A stretch of DNA of 64,000 nt from an uncultured Chloroflexia bacterium (GTDB lineage: Bacteria > Chloroflexota > Limnocylindria > QHBO01). The stretch spans positions 416,001 through 480,000 of the forward strand of contig CAWGTN010000002.1 in assembly GCA_963825525.1 (NCBI GenBank), in the 5' to 3' direction. The notes beneath the pieces are model-generated. The model made no database searches. It saw nothing but the letters and a program-made list of their open reading frames with translations, and was not told the origin of the DNA. The stretch's first letter is position 1; each line of letters begins with the position of its first letter. Positions 9,724-19,535 of the stretch are shown piece by piece. The position numbers and the translations under genes were made by a program.

Positions 9724-10848
9724 TCAGACGCCGAGCTTCATCCGCGCCTCGATGAGGCGCATGATCCCCCGTCGTGACACGAGCCCAACGGGGAGCCGCG
9801 CCTCGTCGCCGATGACCGGGAGCTGGCTCACCTCGTGCTCCTGGATGAGTCGCAGCGCCTCGACCAGGGGCTCATCCGGGCCGATGGTCGCCAGGTCGCC
9901 GTAGCGGGTCATGATGTCGGTCACGCGTGCCCCCTCCCACGACTCGCGGGGCAATCGCCGGACGTCGGAGAGGGTCACCACGCCGGCCAGTCCGCCGTCG
10001 TCGTGCCGAACCAGGAACGATCGGTCGTCACCGCGCATGAGGTGCTCCGAGACGAGCTCGGAGACCAGCTCATTGGGTGCCACCGTTGCCGGTTCCAGCT
10101 CCATGGCGTCGCGGACCCGGACGCCGCTCAACGAACGCTCGAGGCCAGCCTGCGCCTGTGACGACTCGGCGGCCGTCGCCAGGAACCAGCCGACCAGGGC
10201 CAGCCACAGTCCGCTGCCGATGTCACGCGAGCGAAGGGCCCAGAACACGCCACCGGCCACCATGAGGTAGCCGACAACGCGACCCACAATCGCCGCCTGG
10301 CGGGTGGCCGTGAGCTGGTCGCCACGGATCCGCCACAGGACGGCGCGCAGCACGCGGCCGCCGTCCATCGGGTATCCGGGAACGAGGTTGAAGACGCCGA
10401 GCACGATGTTGATGAATCCAAGCCAGCCGAGCAGGGTCTGCGCCTCCCGCTGCGGAATGAGCGCGCCGACACCGAGCAGCAATGCGCCCAGCAGGAGGCT
10501 GGAGATGGGACCGGCGAGGGCGATGGCCGCCTCGTCACGCGGCCGCTTGCTATCGGCCTCGATGCTCGTCGCGCCACCGAAGATGAACAGGGTGATGCCC
10601 GACACCTTCAGGCCCAGGCGCCGCGCCAGGATGGCGTGCGAGAACTCGTGGATCAGGACCGAGACGAAGAAGAGGATCGCGGTCCCGGCCCCCAGCAGCC
10701 AGTACTGGGTGGTCGTCAGTCCGGGGGTGGTACTCGGGAAGAACGCATCGGCCAACGTGTAGGTGAGGAGGCCGGCAATCACCAGCCAACTCGGATGCAC
10801 GGAGAGGTCGATTCCCGCCACGCGTGCGATCTTCCATCCGTTGCCCAT
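9724..10848 (-). CDS. Site-2 protease (M50) with CBS pair
   Basis: HEFSH, AGP, FNLVPGYPMDGG motifs; C-terminal CBS domains. Confidence 0.93.
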   Translation of the reverse strand: MGNGWKIARVAGIDLSVHPSWLVIAGLLTYTLADAFFPSTTPGLTTTQYWLLGAGTAILFFVSVLIHEFSHAILARRLGLKVSGITLFIFGGATSIEADSKRPRDEAAIALAGPISSLLLGALLLGVGALIPQREAQTLLGWLGFINIVLGVFNLVPGYPMDGGRVLRAVLWRIRGDQLTATRQAAIVGRVVGYLMVAGGVFWALRSRDIGSGLWLALVGWFLATAAESSQAQAGLERSLSGVRVRDAMELEPATVAPNELVSELVSEHLMRGDDRSFLVRHDDGGLAGVVTLSDVRRLPRESWEGARVTDIMTRYGDLATIGPDEPLVEALRLIQEHEVSQLPVIGDEARLPVGLVSRRGIMRLIEARMKLGV

Positions 10849-10857
10849 GGGCGGAGT

Positions 10858-11484
10858 CTAGATCAGGGCGGGCGGCGCGTCCCCGGAGGCGCCTCTCCAT
10901 CTCGCGTAGCCGATCAAGGTGACGATCAGGGCGGTCAGGATGACGGCCAACCCAGCAAGCAGCGTCGCGTCGAACCAGAACCCGTCGGGGAACAGGACGA
11001 TGAGCTGCGAGCCGGGCGCGAACAGGTAGGTGCCCGGTGGAAAGAAGATCGCGTGGAACGCTAGGAAGGCAGGCTCGAAGGCCACGCTGAACACGACCGC
11101 CAGGACGAGCGCGACGAGACCGACCGAACCCGATGCGATCAGCATCACGCGACCCTGGCGTCGCCGTTCGCGGCGCAGCCACGAGCCGGCGACCCCGACC
11201 AGCACGAGCCCCATGATCGCCACGGCCGCCAGGACCTGCACCAGGCGCGACACATCGGCCATGTGCGAACGCTCACGCTCGTCCAGGAGCGGCTCCTGGC
11301 CGTCCAGGGCGGCATCGAATGGTCCGTTGACGTAGATGTCAGCCAGGATCGCACCGGTCACACGATCGATCTCGGCCTGGGTCGTACCCAACTCGGCGGC
11401 GACCTGGTGGCGCTGCTGGAGCGCGGAGGTCAGCCACGGGTTGAACAGCAGCAACGGTCCGGCGAGCGTGATCGTGACCGCCAA
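10858..11484 (-). CDS. DUF1461/TIGR01906 membrane protein, Lit-like lipoprotein intramolecular transacylase (start uncertain)
   Basis: ERSHMADV and FHAIFF...LIVLFP..FW motifs; about 4 TM helices. Confidence 0.72.
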   Translation of the reverse strand: MAVTITLAGPLLLFNPWLTSALQQRHQVAAELGTTQAEIDRVTGAILADIYVNGPFDAALDGQEPLLDERERSHMADVSRLVQVLAAVAIMGLVLVGVAGSWLRRERRRQGRVMLIASGSVGLVALVLAVVFSVAFEPAFLAFHAIFFPPGTYLFAPGSQLIVLFPDGFWFDATLLAGLAVILTALIVTLIGYARWRGASGDAPPALI

Positions 11485-11549
11485 CCCGAGTCCGAAGAGG
11501 ATGCCGACCGCGCCCGGGGCGCGCGACGCCGGTCGGGGTTCGCCGACGG

Positions 11550-11927
11550 TCAGAGGACGCGACCAGCCATGCGGCTCGACCCGATGACCATGGAAAGCAC
11601 CATGCCGACGATGCTGATCACGATCGATCCCAGGAGGGCCGCGAAGAAATCGCCGACAACGAACCCGAGGGCCAGCTCAGACGAGATCGCGCTCGTGAGG
11701 AGCAGCAGCAGGGCGTTGATGACGAGGAGAAAGAGCCCCAGGGTCATGATCGTGATCGGCAGGGTGAAGATCCGAAGCACCGGTCGCAGGAACGTGTTGA
11801 CGGCCCCGAAGATGGCGGCGACCAGCAGCAGCTTCCACCACTCGCCGGTGAACTCGAGGTTCGGCACGATGAGGACCGCCACGTACAGCGCGGCGGCGTT
11901 GACCAGGATCTGAATGACTCGGTCCAT
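11550..11927 (-). CDS. YvlD/DUF360 4-TM membrane protein ('phage holin family')
   Basis: VNTFLRPVLRIFTLPITIMTLGLFLLVINA signature. Confidence 0.88.
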   Translation of the reverse strand: MDRVIQILVNAAALYVAVLIVPNLEFTGEWWKLLLVAAIFGAVNTFLRPVLRIFTLPITIMTLGLFLLVINALLLLLTSAISSELALGFVVGDFFAALLGSIVISIVGMVLSMVIGSSRMAGRVL

Positions 11928-11937
11928 GGCGCCTAGC

Positions 11938-13275
11938 CTAGCCGATGGTGTCCACGCCCGGCGGCCCGCCGAGCAACCGACCGCGTACCCAGGCGGCGCG
12001 GACCATGTTCGGGTGGGGCCGGAAGATGAGGCGGCTGGCAAGCTCGTCCGCGTCGGTGGGCGGCTCGTCCCCGGGAAGTGGCGTGGTCAGGCGCGGGTCG
12101 ATCGCGATCAGGTCCGCCTGCTTTCCGACCTCCAGTGATCCGATCTCGGACTCGAGCCCCAGGGCCGTGGCGCCACCCAGGCTCGCGACCCGGAGCCAGT
12201 CGAGGGGTCGGAATGCTCCCCCGCTCGATGCTCGGCCGGTGAGCTCAAGTACTCGTTGGGTCACCGCGCCGGCCCGCATGACGCTGAACATCGAGACCTC
12301 GGGTCCGCCCGCCACATCGCTCCCCAGCCCGAGCACCATCCCCGCCTCCCGGTAGGCGGCCAGCGGCATCATCCCGCTCGAGAGGAACAGGTTCGACGCC
12401 GGACAGTGAGCCACCCGCGAGTCGCTGTCCACCAGGCGCGCCACCTCGTCATCGGAAAGGTGGATGGCGTGCGCCAGGATGGCCCGGGGTCCGAGGCCGC
12501 CGGCACGCTCGTACACGTCGAGATAGTCGCGCGAGCCGGGAAACAGCCGAAGGACCTCTTGGATCTCACCGGCGTCCTCGGAGATGTGGGTCTGCCAGTA
12601 CGCACCGTGGCGGGTCGCCAGCTCCGCCGACTCGCGGAGCATCTCGGCGGAGCACGACACCGCAAATCGCGGCGTGAAGGCATAGCGCAGGCGTCCGTCG
12701 TCCCGACCGTGCCACCTTGTTGCGAGGTCGTCGGATTGACGCAGGCTGGTCTCGAGGATGTCGCCAGCCCCTATTTCGGCGTCGTAGGTCAGCCGATCCA
12801 TCATCACCTTGCCGATGACGGCGCGGATGCCGTGCTCCTCGGCGGCCTCGAACGCCGCGTCCGTCGAATCCGGCCAGAGGGCGGCATAGGCAACCACGGT
12901 GGTCGAGCCGGCGGCCGCGAAGGCGCGCCACGCTGCCGGGGCCTGCCGCTCGGCGACGGATCGGTCGTACGCTCGCTCGAGCGGGAAGATGTAGCGGTCG
13001 AGCCACGCCAGCAGATCCAGCCCGCTTCCCAGGCCGGCGTTGGGCAGCTGCGGCAGATGGGCATGGAGGTCGACGAGACCGGGCATGAGCACGAGTGGGC
13101 GCAGGTCGACCGCCTGCTCCGCGGCGCGTCCTGTCCAGGCACCAACGTGGGAGATCCGGCCGGCAGCATCGACCTCGATGAGGCCGTCCACCTCGTCGAG
13201 CAGACCGCCATCATCGCGCGGCGAGAGCAGCCGGGCGCGAAGCGCGAACGAGGGATTCGGCGGAAGTACCGTCAT
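11938..13275 (-). CDS. guaD: Guanine deaminase
   Basis: PGLVDLHAHLPQ, WLDRYIFPLE, TPRFAVSCS, QTHISE, HCPASN, LGSDVAGG. Confidence 0.9.
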   Translation of the reverse strand: MTVLPPNPSFALRARLLSPRDDGGLLDEVDGLIEVDAAGRISHVGAWTGRAAEQAVDLRPLVLMPGLVDLHAHLPQLPNAGLGSGLDLLAWLDRYIFPLERAYDRSVAERQAPAAWRAFAAAGSTTVVAYAALWPDSTDAAFEAAEEHGIRAVIGKVMMDRLTYDAEIGAGDILETSLRQSDDLATRWHGRDDGRLRYAFTPRFAVSCSAEMLRESAELATRHGAYWQTHISEDAGEIQEVLRLFPGSRDYLDVYERAGGLGPRAILAHAIHLSDDEVARLVDSDSRVAHCPASNLFLSSGMMPLAAYREAGMVLGLGSDVAGGPEVSMFSVMRAGAVTQRVLELTGRASSGGAFRPLDWLRVASLGGATALGLESEIGSLEVGKQADLIAIDPRLTTPLPGDEPPTDADELASRLIFRPHPNMVRAAWVRGRLLGGPPGVDTIG

Positions 13276-13337
13276 CGACGCCGATGCTACATGCCCGGAG
13301 CGAGTATCCTTCCGGTTCTACCGTTAGGAGGCCTCTC

Positions 13338-13544
13338 ATGGCCAGTGGCAGCATCAAGAAGATCGTGGCCGATCGCGGCTTCGGCTTCATCACCGGCGAG
13401 GATGGCAAGGATTATTTCTTCCACCGCGACGGGCTCAGTGAGACGATCGACTTTGATCGTCTCGTCGGCGGCGAGGCAGTAACCTTCGACGTCGAGTCCA
13501 ACCCGCGCGGTCCGCGCGCAGCGAACATCAAGGCCGCCGAGTAA
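13338..13544 (+). CDS. Cold-shock domain protein
   Basis: RGFGFI (RNP1), YFFH (RNP2), GPRAANI; TAGGAGG RBS. Confidence 0.93.
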   Translation: MASGSIKKIVADRGFGFITGEDGKDYFFHRDGLSETIDFDRLVGGEAVTFDVESNPRGPRAANIKAAE

Positions 13545-13568
13545 CTCACTCGACTTCCTTGCGACACG

Positions 13569-13604
13569 GCGGCTGACGACGTCCCTCGGGCGCTCGTCAG
13601 CCGC
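13569..13604. terminator. GC-rich hairpin between convergent csp and tRNA-Pro
   Basis: gcggctgacga ... tcgtcagccgc 11-bp stem plus inner pairing; no long U-tract. Confidence 0.5.
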
Positions 13605-13774
13605 TTCGTCATACATGCGGGCACGACAGACGCCCCATGCCGATCCGAATTCGTCTTGTGAGTGCGGATGGCGCGAACGTTGTGGTTCGTCAACCCGGGG
13701 TGGCCCGGAGCGCCGCGTCGGATGTCCGCCGTCTCCAGCGCGGCGCGACGGCCGACAGCTCGGGATCGAAGGAT

Positions 13775-13851
<77 letters not shown>

Positions 13852-13881
13852 ACCGACGGCGGTCAGTATAGCGGCCACCGC

Positions 13882-14895
13882 TCAGCCGCCGGCAATGCCC
13901 CCGAGCTCGTCCTTCGTGCTGCGCGCCATGAGCTCCGCGACGGCGGCCATCGGTGCGCGGCCCTCGAACACCACGGCACGCACCTGCTGGGCGATCGGCA
14001 TCTCCACGCCATGCTCGGCGGCGAGCTCCAGCGTGCCGGCGAGGGTCGCGACGCCCTCCGCCACTCCGGTGAGGTGCTCCCCCGCCTCGGGCCACGGGAT
14101 GCCGGACGCGATGAGCTCACCGGCCCTCCGGTTCCGTGACAGAGGCGACATGCAGGTCGCGATGAGGTCACCCACCCCGGCCAGCCCGGCAAACGTGAGG
14201 GGGTGCGCGCCGGCCGCGACGCCGAGACGGGTCATCTCAGCCAGGCCCCGGGTGATGATCCCCGCCTTGGCCGAGTCGCCGAACTCGAGTCCATCGACCA
14301 TGCCGGCGGCGAGGGCGACGACGTTCTTCAGCGCACCGCACAGCTCGACCCCCACCATGTCGGGGTTGGTGTAGATCCGGAACCGATCGGACGAGAGGAG
14401 CGCGGCCACGTCCGCGGCCAGCTCGGCATCATCGGAGGCAACCACCGAGCCCGCCGGCTTTCCGGCGCCGATCTCCCGCGCCAGGTTCGGGCCCGACAGT
14501 GCTGCCACTCGTCGACCCGGCAGCACCTGTTCGATGACCTGGGTCATCCGCAGATGCGTCCCCTCCTCGATGCCCTTGACCACCGAGACGATCGCGGCAT
14601 CGGGGTCCAACAGAGAGCCGATCGCCTCGAGAGTCGTGCGCACATGAGCTGATGGGACCGCGAGCACGTACAGGCGGTGCGGCTCCGACAGGAACGCATC
14701 GTCGGTCACGATCCGCACGTTCGGTGGAAACACGACACCCGGCAGATAGCGCTCGTTGGAGCGGGAGTGCGCGAGCCGTTCGGCAGCCTCCGTGGTGTGC
14801 GCCCGCAGGCTCACCGGCCGCTGGGCATCGGCCAGCAGGACGGCCAGGGTGGTGCCCCAGGCACCTGCGCCGATGATTCCGATCTGGTCACTCAT
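13882..14895 (-). CDS. gpsA: NAD(P)H-dependent glycerol-3-phosphate dehydrogenase
   Basis: [36 protein letters not shown]. Confidence 0.96.
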   Translation of the reverse strand: MSDQIGIIGAGAWGTTLAVLLADAQRPVSLRAHTTEAAERLAHSRSNERYLPGVVFPPNVRIVTDDAFLSEPHRLYVLAVPSAHVRTTLEAIGSLLDPDAAIVSVVKGIEEGTHLRMTQVIEQVLPGRRVAALSGPNLAREIGAGKPAGSVVASDDAELAADVAALLSSDRFRIYTNPDMVGVELCGALKNVVALAAGMVDGLEFGDSAKAGIITRGLAEMTRLGVAAGAHPLTFAGLAGVGDLIATCMSPLSRNRRAGELIASGIPWPEAGEHLTGVAEGVATLAGTLELAAEHGVEMPIAQQVRAVVFEGRAPMAAVAELMARSTKDELGGIAGG

Positions 14896-14905
14896 GGCTG
14901 CATCC

Positions 14906-16342
14906 TCACCGCCGCCGGTTCGTCGCTCGCTTTCGCGGTCGCACGGACTTCCGCGCCGCCTCCTCCGACTCCCGCTTGCGCAGGATGAGCCGGATCGGCG
15001 TGCCCAGGAAGCCGAACTTCTCGCGAACCTGGTTCTCGAGGTAGCGCTTGTAGCTGAAGTGGACGATCTCCGGGTCGTTGCAGAAGACCACGAAGGTCGG
15101 TGGCGCAACGCCCACCTGGGTCGCATAGAAGATCTTCGGCAGCCGATTCCGCACGTGCGACGGCGGATGCGCTCGGACAGCATCCATGATGAGCCGATTC
15201 AGCTCGCCCGTCGGAACGCGCCGATACCGCTCCTCGGCCACGCGCAGCGCCTCGCGGAGGATTCGCTCGAGTCGCTGTCCGGTCAGTGCCGAACCGAACA
15301 CGATGTCCGCCCAGGCCAGGTACGGCGCGTCGCGACGGAGTCGCTTCATCCAGCGGTCGGCGGTGTTCTCGTCCTTCTCCACCGCGTCCCACTTGTTGAG
15401 GACCAGGACGATCCCCTTGTGCGCCTCGAGGACGTAGCCGACCACGTGGGCGTCCTGCGCGGTGTACCCCTCGATCGCGTCGATCATGACCACGGCCACG
15501 TCCGCCGAGTCGATGGCCTTCATGCTGCGCAGCACGCTGTAGCGCTCGATCCCGCGGTCGATGGAGCCACGGCGTCGGATGCCGGCCGTATCCACCAGCA
15601 CGAGCGGCTGTCCGTCGAGCTCGATGGCCGTGTCGATCGGGTCGCGGGTGGTGCCCGGCGTATCCGAGACGATCATGCGCTCCGAGCCGAACACGCGGTT
15701 CACGAACGTCGACTTGCCCGTGTTCGGCCGTCCCACGATGGCGATCCGCGGCGCGCCGAGTTCCGTCTCGGCCAGCTCCGCCATCTCTTCCTCGGTCATG
15801 TCCTCCGGCTCGAGGATCACGGCATCCTCGGCTTCGGTCTTCGGCGGAAGGCCCTCGACGATGAGGTCGGCCAGGTCGCCGGTATTGCGCCCGTGCTGCG
15901 CGCTGACCGTGATGGCAGGATCGAATCCCAGGGCGTAGAACTCGACCGCATCGGCCTCGCGCGCCGGGTTGTCGCCCTTGTTGATGACCAGGATCACCGG
16001 CGCCTCGGCTCGGCGCAGGCGATCGGCCACGTCGTGGTCGAGAGGTGCAAGTCCGACATGGGCGTCGACCACGAAGAGGATGAGATCGGCTTCCTCGACC
16101 GCCACGCGCGCCTGGTCCTGCACCCGCTCCTCGATGTGCGTCCCGGGCTCGAGCTCCAGGCCCCCGGTGTCGACGACCGTGAAGGTCCGGCCATTCCATT
16201 CGGCCGTCCCGTAGACGCGGTCGCGAGTCGTGCCGGAGACGTCGGAGATGATCGCCACGCGCTCGCCGATCAGCCGGTTGAAGAGCGTGCTCTTGCCGAC
16301 GTTCGGGCGACCGACGATGGCGACCACGGGAAGGGAGGACAT
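14906..16342 (-). CDS. der: Ribosome biogenesis GTPase Der
   Basis: Tandem G domains GRPNVGKS and GRPNTGKS, DTGG/DTAG, KH-like tail (SYKRYLEN...GTPIRL). Confidence 0.97.
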   Translation of the reverse strand: MSSLPVVAIVGRPNVGKSTLFNRLIGERVAIISDVSGTTRDRVYGTAEWNGRTFTVVDTGGLELEPGTHIEERVQDQARVAVEEADLILFVVDAHVGLAPLDHDVADRLRRAEAPVILVINKGDNPAREADAVEFYALGFDPAITVSAQHGRNTGDLADLIVEGLPPKTEAEDAVILEPEDMTEEEMAELAETELGAPRIAIVGRPNTGKSTFVNRVFGSERMIVSDTPGTTRDPIDTAIELDGQPLVLVDTAGIRRRGSIDRGIERYSVLRSMKAIDSADVAVVMIDAIEGYTAQDAHVVGYVLEAHKGIVLVLNKWDAVEKDENTADRWMKRLRRDAPYLAWADIVFGSALTGQRLERILREALRVAEERYRRVPTGELNRLIMDAVRAHPPSHVRNRLPKIFYATQVGVAPPTFVVFCNDPEIVHFSYKRYLENQVREKFGFLGTPIRLILRKRESEEAARKSVRPRKRATNRRR

Positions 16343-16429
16343 CGACTGAGTGTAGCGGCGTGTCGCCATGGCATCGGACGATGGTCCCGGAGGCTACGAC
16401 GGGCGGACGCCGCGCATTAGGATCAGGCC

Positions 16430-17695
16430 ATGAGGATCGGGTTCGTCGCCACGAGACTGTTCGGCGTCGACGGGGTGACCTTCGAAGCCGCGAAGTGGGA
16501 GGCCGTGCTCGGGCGCATGGGCCACGAGATGCGCCTGCTGGCGGGCGAGGTGGACGCACTCCGGCCGAACGCCACGATGGTGCCCCCGATGCACTTTGCC
16601 TATCCACCCGCCGCTCGTGTCACCGCCGCCGCATTCGACCCGGCCAGCGATCCCGACGCGGTGCGTGCCGAGATCCAGCGGCTCGCCAACCAGCTCCTGC
16701 CGGTACTGCACAGCTGGGTTCAGGTCCAGCACATCGAGCTGCTGGTGATCGAGAACGCCTGGGCCATCCCGATGCACCTTCCACTCGGCGTTGCGCTGCG
16801 ACGGCTCGTCGAAGAGACGGGTCTTCCGGCGATCGGCCACCACCACGACTACTGGTGGGAGCGGGAACGGTTCGCAGGCTGCGTGGTTCCGGAGGTGCTC
16901 GAGGCGGCGTTTCCTCCGGCCATGCCCGGCGTCCGTCACGTCAGCATCAACAGCCTGGCGGCCGATCAACTGCGCCGGCGTCGAGGCATCGCGTCCTCGG
17001 TTGTGCCGAATGTCTTCGACTTCGCAATGGGCCGACCGCGCCCGCATCCCGCCGTCCGTCGTCAGTTGCGTGCCGAGCTCGGCATGGGCGAGCGAGGCGT
17101 GCTCGTCGTTCAGCCGACGCGGGTCGTGCCGCGCAAGGGCATCGAGCTTGCGATCGAGCTCGTCGGACGCCTGCGCGATCGGCACGCCGTGCTTCTGATC
17201 ACGAGTCCGGCCGGCGACGAGGGCCTCGACTACCTCGTTGAGCTCGAGCGCCGGGCCGATGGCGCGGGGGTGCGCCTGCGCTACGCGGCGGATCGGTTCA
17301 CGCCTGACTTCGAGGGTCAGCCACTCCGACCGGCCCATTCGCTCCACGACGCCTACCTGGCCGCGGATCTCATCACCTACCCGTCGCTGTACGAGGGGTA
17401 CGGCAATGCGCTGGTGGAGGCGATCTACTACGGGAAGCCGACCGTCGTGAATCGCTACAGCGTCTATGAGGCCGACATCCGGCCCCTCGGCTTTCGGCTC
17501 ATCGAGATCGATGGCGCAATCAGTGCCGACACCGTCAGCGAGGTCCGAGCCACGCTGGCGGACCCGCGCCGCCAGGCGAGGGTCGCCCGCAAGAACTTCG
17601 AGATCGGCAGGCGCCACCTCTCGTACGAGGTCCTTCGAAGCCGCCTGCGACGCTACATCGGCAAGCTGACCGAGACACGGGAGCAACCAGGATGA
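16430..17695 (+). CDS. GT4 glycosyltransferase, resembling the mannosylglucosylglycerate synthase group
   Basis: DGVTFEAAKW N-terminus, HHHDYWWER, QPTRVVPRKGIE, YPSLYEGYGNALVEA. Confidence 0.8.
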   Translation: MRIGFVATRLFGVDGVTFEAAKWEAVLGRMGHEMRLLAGEVDALRPNATMVPPMHFAYPPAARVTAAAFDPASDPDAVRAEIQRLANQLLPVLHSWVQVQHIELLVIENAWAIPMHLPLGVALRRLVEETGLPAIGHHHDYWWERERFAGCVVPEVLEAAFPPAMPGVRHVSINSLAADQLRRRRGIASSVVPNVFDFAMGRPRPHPAVRRQLRAELGMGERGVLVVQPTRVVPRKGIELAIELVGRLRDRHAVLLITSPAGDEGLDYLVELERRADGAGVRLRYAADRFTPDFEGQPLRPAHSLHDAYLAADLITYPSLYEGYGNALVEAIYYGKPTVVNRYSVYEADIRPLGFRLIEIDGAISADTVSEVRATLADPRRQARVARKNFEIGRRHLSYEVLRSRLRRYIGKLTETREQPG

Positions 17696-17707
17696 CCTGA
17701 GGCCCGC

Positions 17708-18580
17708 TCAGGCTGTCAGCGCGAAGACCCGTTCCCGGATTTCCTCGAGGTCAACCTCCGGCGTGGATGTGCCGCCGGTGATGCCGATGCGGGCCTTGCC
17801 CTGCAGCCAGCCGGCGTGCTCGGCGGCGAGCTCATCGGCATCGGCGACGTGAACCGTATCGGGCAGGATCTCGCGGCATTTCACGGCGAGCTCCTTGGTG
17901 TTCGAGCTGTTCTTGCCGCCGACCACGATCATGGCGTCGACCTCCTTGGCGAGCGCCACAGAGTCGTCCTGGCGCGTGAGCGTCACGGGGCAGACGGTAT
18001 TCACCACCCGCAGGTCGTGGGCGCGGCGCAGGCAGAACGCGGCGAACTCTTCGAGCTTCTGCGGCAGGATCGTCGACTGGCTCAGCACGCCGATCTTCTT
18101 GGTGCGTGGCACGCGCTCCCAGGTGGATCGGTCCATGTCATCCACGACGACGTGCTTCTCGCCGGCGTAGGAGCGGACGCCCTTGACCTCCGGATGATCC
18201 TCGTGGCCGATGATGCAGACCGTGTAGCCGGCCTCCGCAAGCTCCCGGGCCGCTTTCTGCGACTGGAGAACCCAGGTGCAGGTGGCATCGATGACCTCGA
18301 GGCTCCCCTTGCCCTTCACCGTCTCGAACTCGGACTTCGGCACGCCATGGGCACGGATGACGAGGGTGCCACCCTCGACCTGGTCGGCGAGGTCGGCGGT
18401 GCGGATGCCGCGGTCCGATAGATCGGCCTTGATACCGGGGTTGTGTACCAGCTGGCCGAGGGTGGTCACGTCCTTCCCCTCGCTTCGGGCGTGCTTGGCC
18501 TTGTCGATCGCCAGCCGCACGCCGTAGCAGAAGCCGGCGCGCTCGGCGATGCGAACGTCGGGTCGGGTGGCCGTGGTCAT
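17708..18580 (-). CDS. ispH: 4-hydroxy-3-methylbut-2-enyl diphosphate reductase
   Basis: AGFCYGV, LVHN, IRAHG, DATC, HPEV, NTVC, SSNT, GTSTP. Confidence 0.95.
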   Translation of the reverse strand: MTTATRPDVRIAERAGFCYGVRLAIDKAKHARSEGKDVTTLGQLVHNPGIKADLSDRGIRTADLADQVEGGTLVIRAHGVPKSEFETVKGKGSLEVIDATCTWVLQSQKAARELAEAGYTVCIIGHEDHPEVKGVRSYAGEKHVVVDDMDRSTWERVPRTKKIGVLSQSTILPQKLEEFAAFCLRRAHDLRVVNTVCPVTLTRQDDSVALAKEVDAMIVVGGKNSSNTKELAVKCREILPDTVHVADADELAAEHAGWLQGKARIGITGGTSTPEVDLEEIRERVFALTA

Positions 18581-18687
18581 GACATCCATTCTAGAAGGGA
18601 TACGACGCAGGTTCCGTACCGGCATCATGTGAATGACGGCGGCCCACCGTAGGATGGGTGTTACCCACCGTACTGGAGATGTTGCAA

Positions 18688-18888
18688 ATGTCCGGACACC
18701 ACAACGAATCACCCCTCGAAATGGCCGAGGATCTCCCGGCCGAGACGTTCATCGCCGCGACCGGCCTGTCCATCGCACTGTCGCTCGTGCTCTATGCCAC
18801 CGGCCGCAAGCAGGCGGCGCAGTTCGTCGGCCTCTGGGCACCGACGATCATCAACCTCGGCCTGTTCCTGAAGCTCATCCGCAGGTAG
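18688..18888 (+). CDS. Small two-TM hypothetical protein (FVGLWAPT family)
   Basis: GGAG RBS; hydrophobic segments SIALSLVLY and FVGLWAPTIINLGLFLK. Confidence 0.7.
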   Translation: MSGHHNESPLEMAEDLPAETFIAATGLSIALSLVLYATGRKQAAQFVGLWAPTIINLGLFLKLIRR

Positions 18889-18896
18889 CCGTCGGG

Positions 18897-19535
18897 CTAC
18901 TGCTGGGCCGGGGGGAGCAGCGCCCGCACTGCGGCGTGCATCCGGGCCGTTGCCTGCTCGAGGGCCTCGCGGTCGATACGTCCCGATGGCTGATGTGGAA
19001 GGGTGATCGGTTCCCCGATCCGCACGGTCAGGCGGGTCGCGTGAGGGATGCGGGAGCCGTCGGGGAAGAGCCGGTGTGATCCGGCGATCGCGACCGGCAG
19101 CACCGGAGCACCGGACCGGATGGCGAGGAACGCTGCCCCGGACTTGAACTCCTTCAGGTGGCCGTTTCTTGATCGCGTGCCCTCCGCGAAGATCGCGATC
19201 GGGCGGCCGGAGGCCAATGTCTCGAGGCTGAAGCGCTGCGCGTTTCGGTCGCCTTCCCCACGCCGCACGAAATACGTGCCTGACTGGGTCGCCAGCCAGC
19301 CGATGAAGAACCAGCTGCGCATCTCGATCTTGGCCATGAAGTGAATCACGCGCCCCACCTGGTGGCCGGTCGCCCAGCCGATGAAGGGCGGATCCAGGTT
19401 CGAGCAGTGGTTCGACACCAGGATGAACGACCCCGTGCGCGGCACGTGCTCGACTCCCTCTGCCCGCAGTCCCCACAGCAGGCGCGCCGCCCCAGCGATG
19501 AGTGCCGCACCGGGATGGAAGAACCAGCTACGCAT
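18897..19535 (-). CDS. plsC: 1-acyl-sn-glycerol-3-phosphate acyltransferase
   Basis: NHCSNLD, FVRR, FAEGTRS, VLPVAI. Confidence 0.9.
   Translation of the reverse strand: MRSWFFHPGAALIAGAARLLWGLRAEGVEHVPRTGSFILVSNHCSNLDPPFIGWATGHQVGRVIHFMAKIEMRSWFFIGWLATQSGTYFVRRGEGDRNAQRFSLETLASGRPIAIFAEGTRSRNGHLKEFKSGAAFLAIRSGAPVLPVAIAGSHRLFPDGSRIPHATRLTVRIGEPITLPHQPSGRIDREALEQATARMHAAVRALLPPAQQ

Noticed and set aside
11550-11927. 'Phage holin' as prophage evidence
   Set aside because: The DUF360/YvlD family is a common chromosomal membrane protein; no endolysin or structural phage genes nearby
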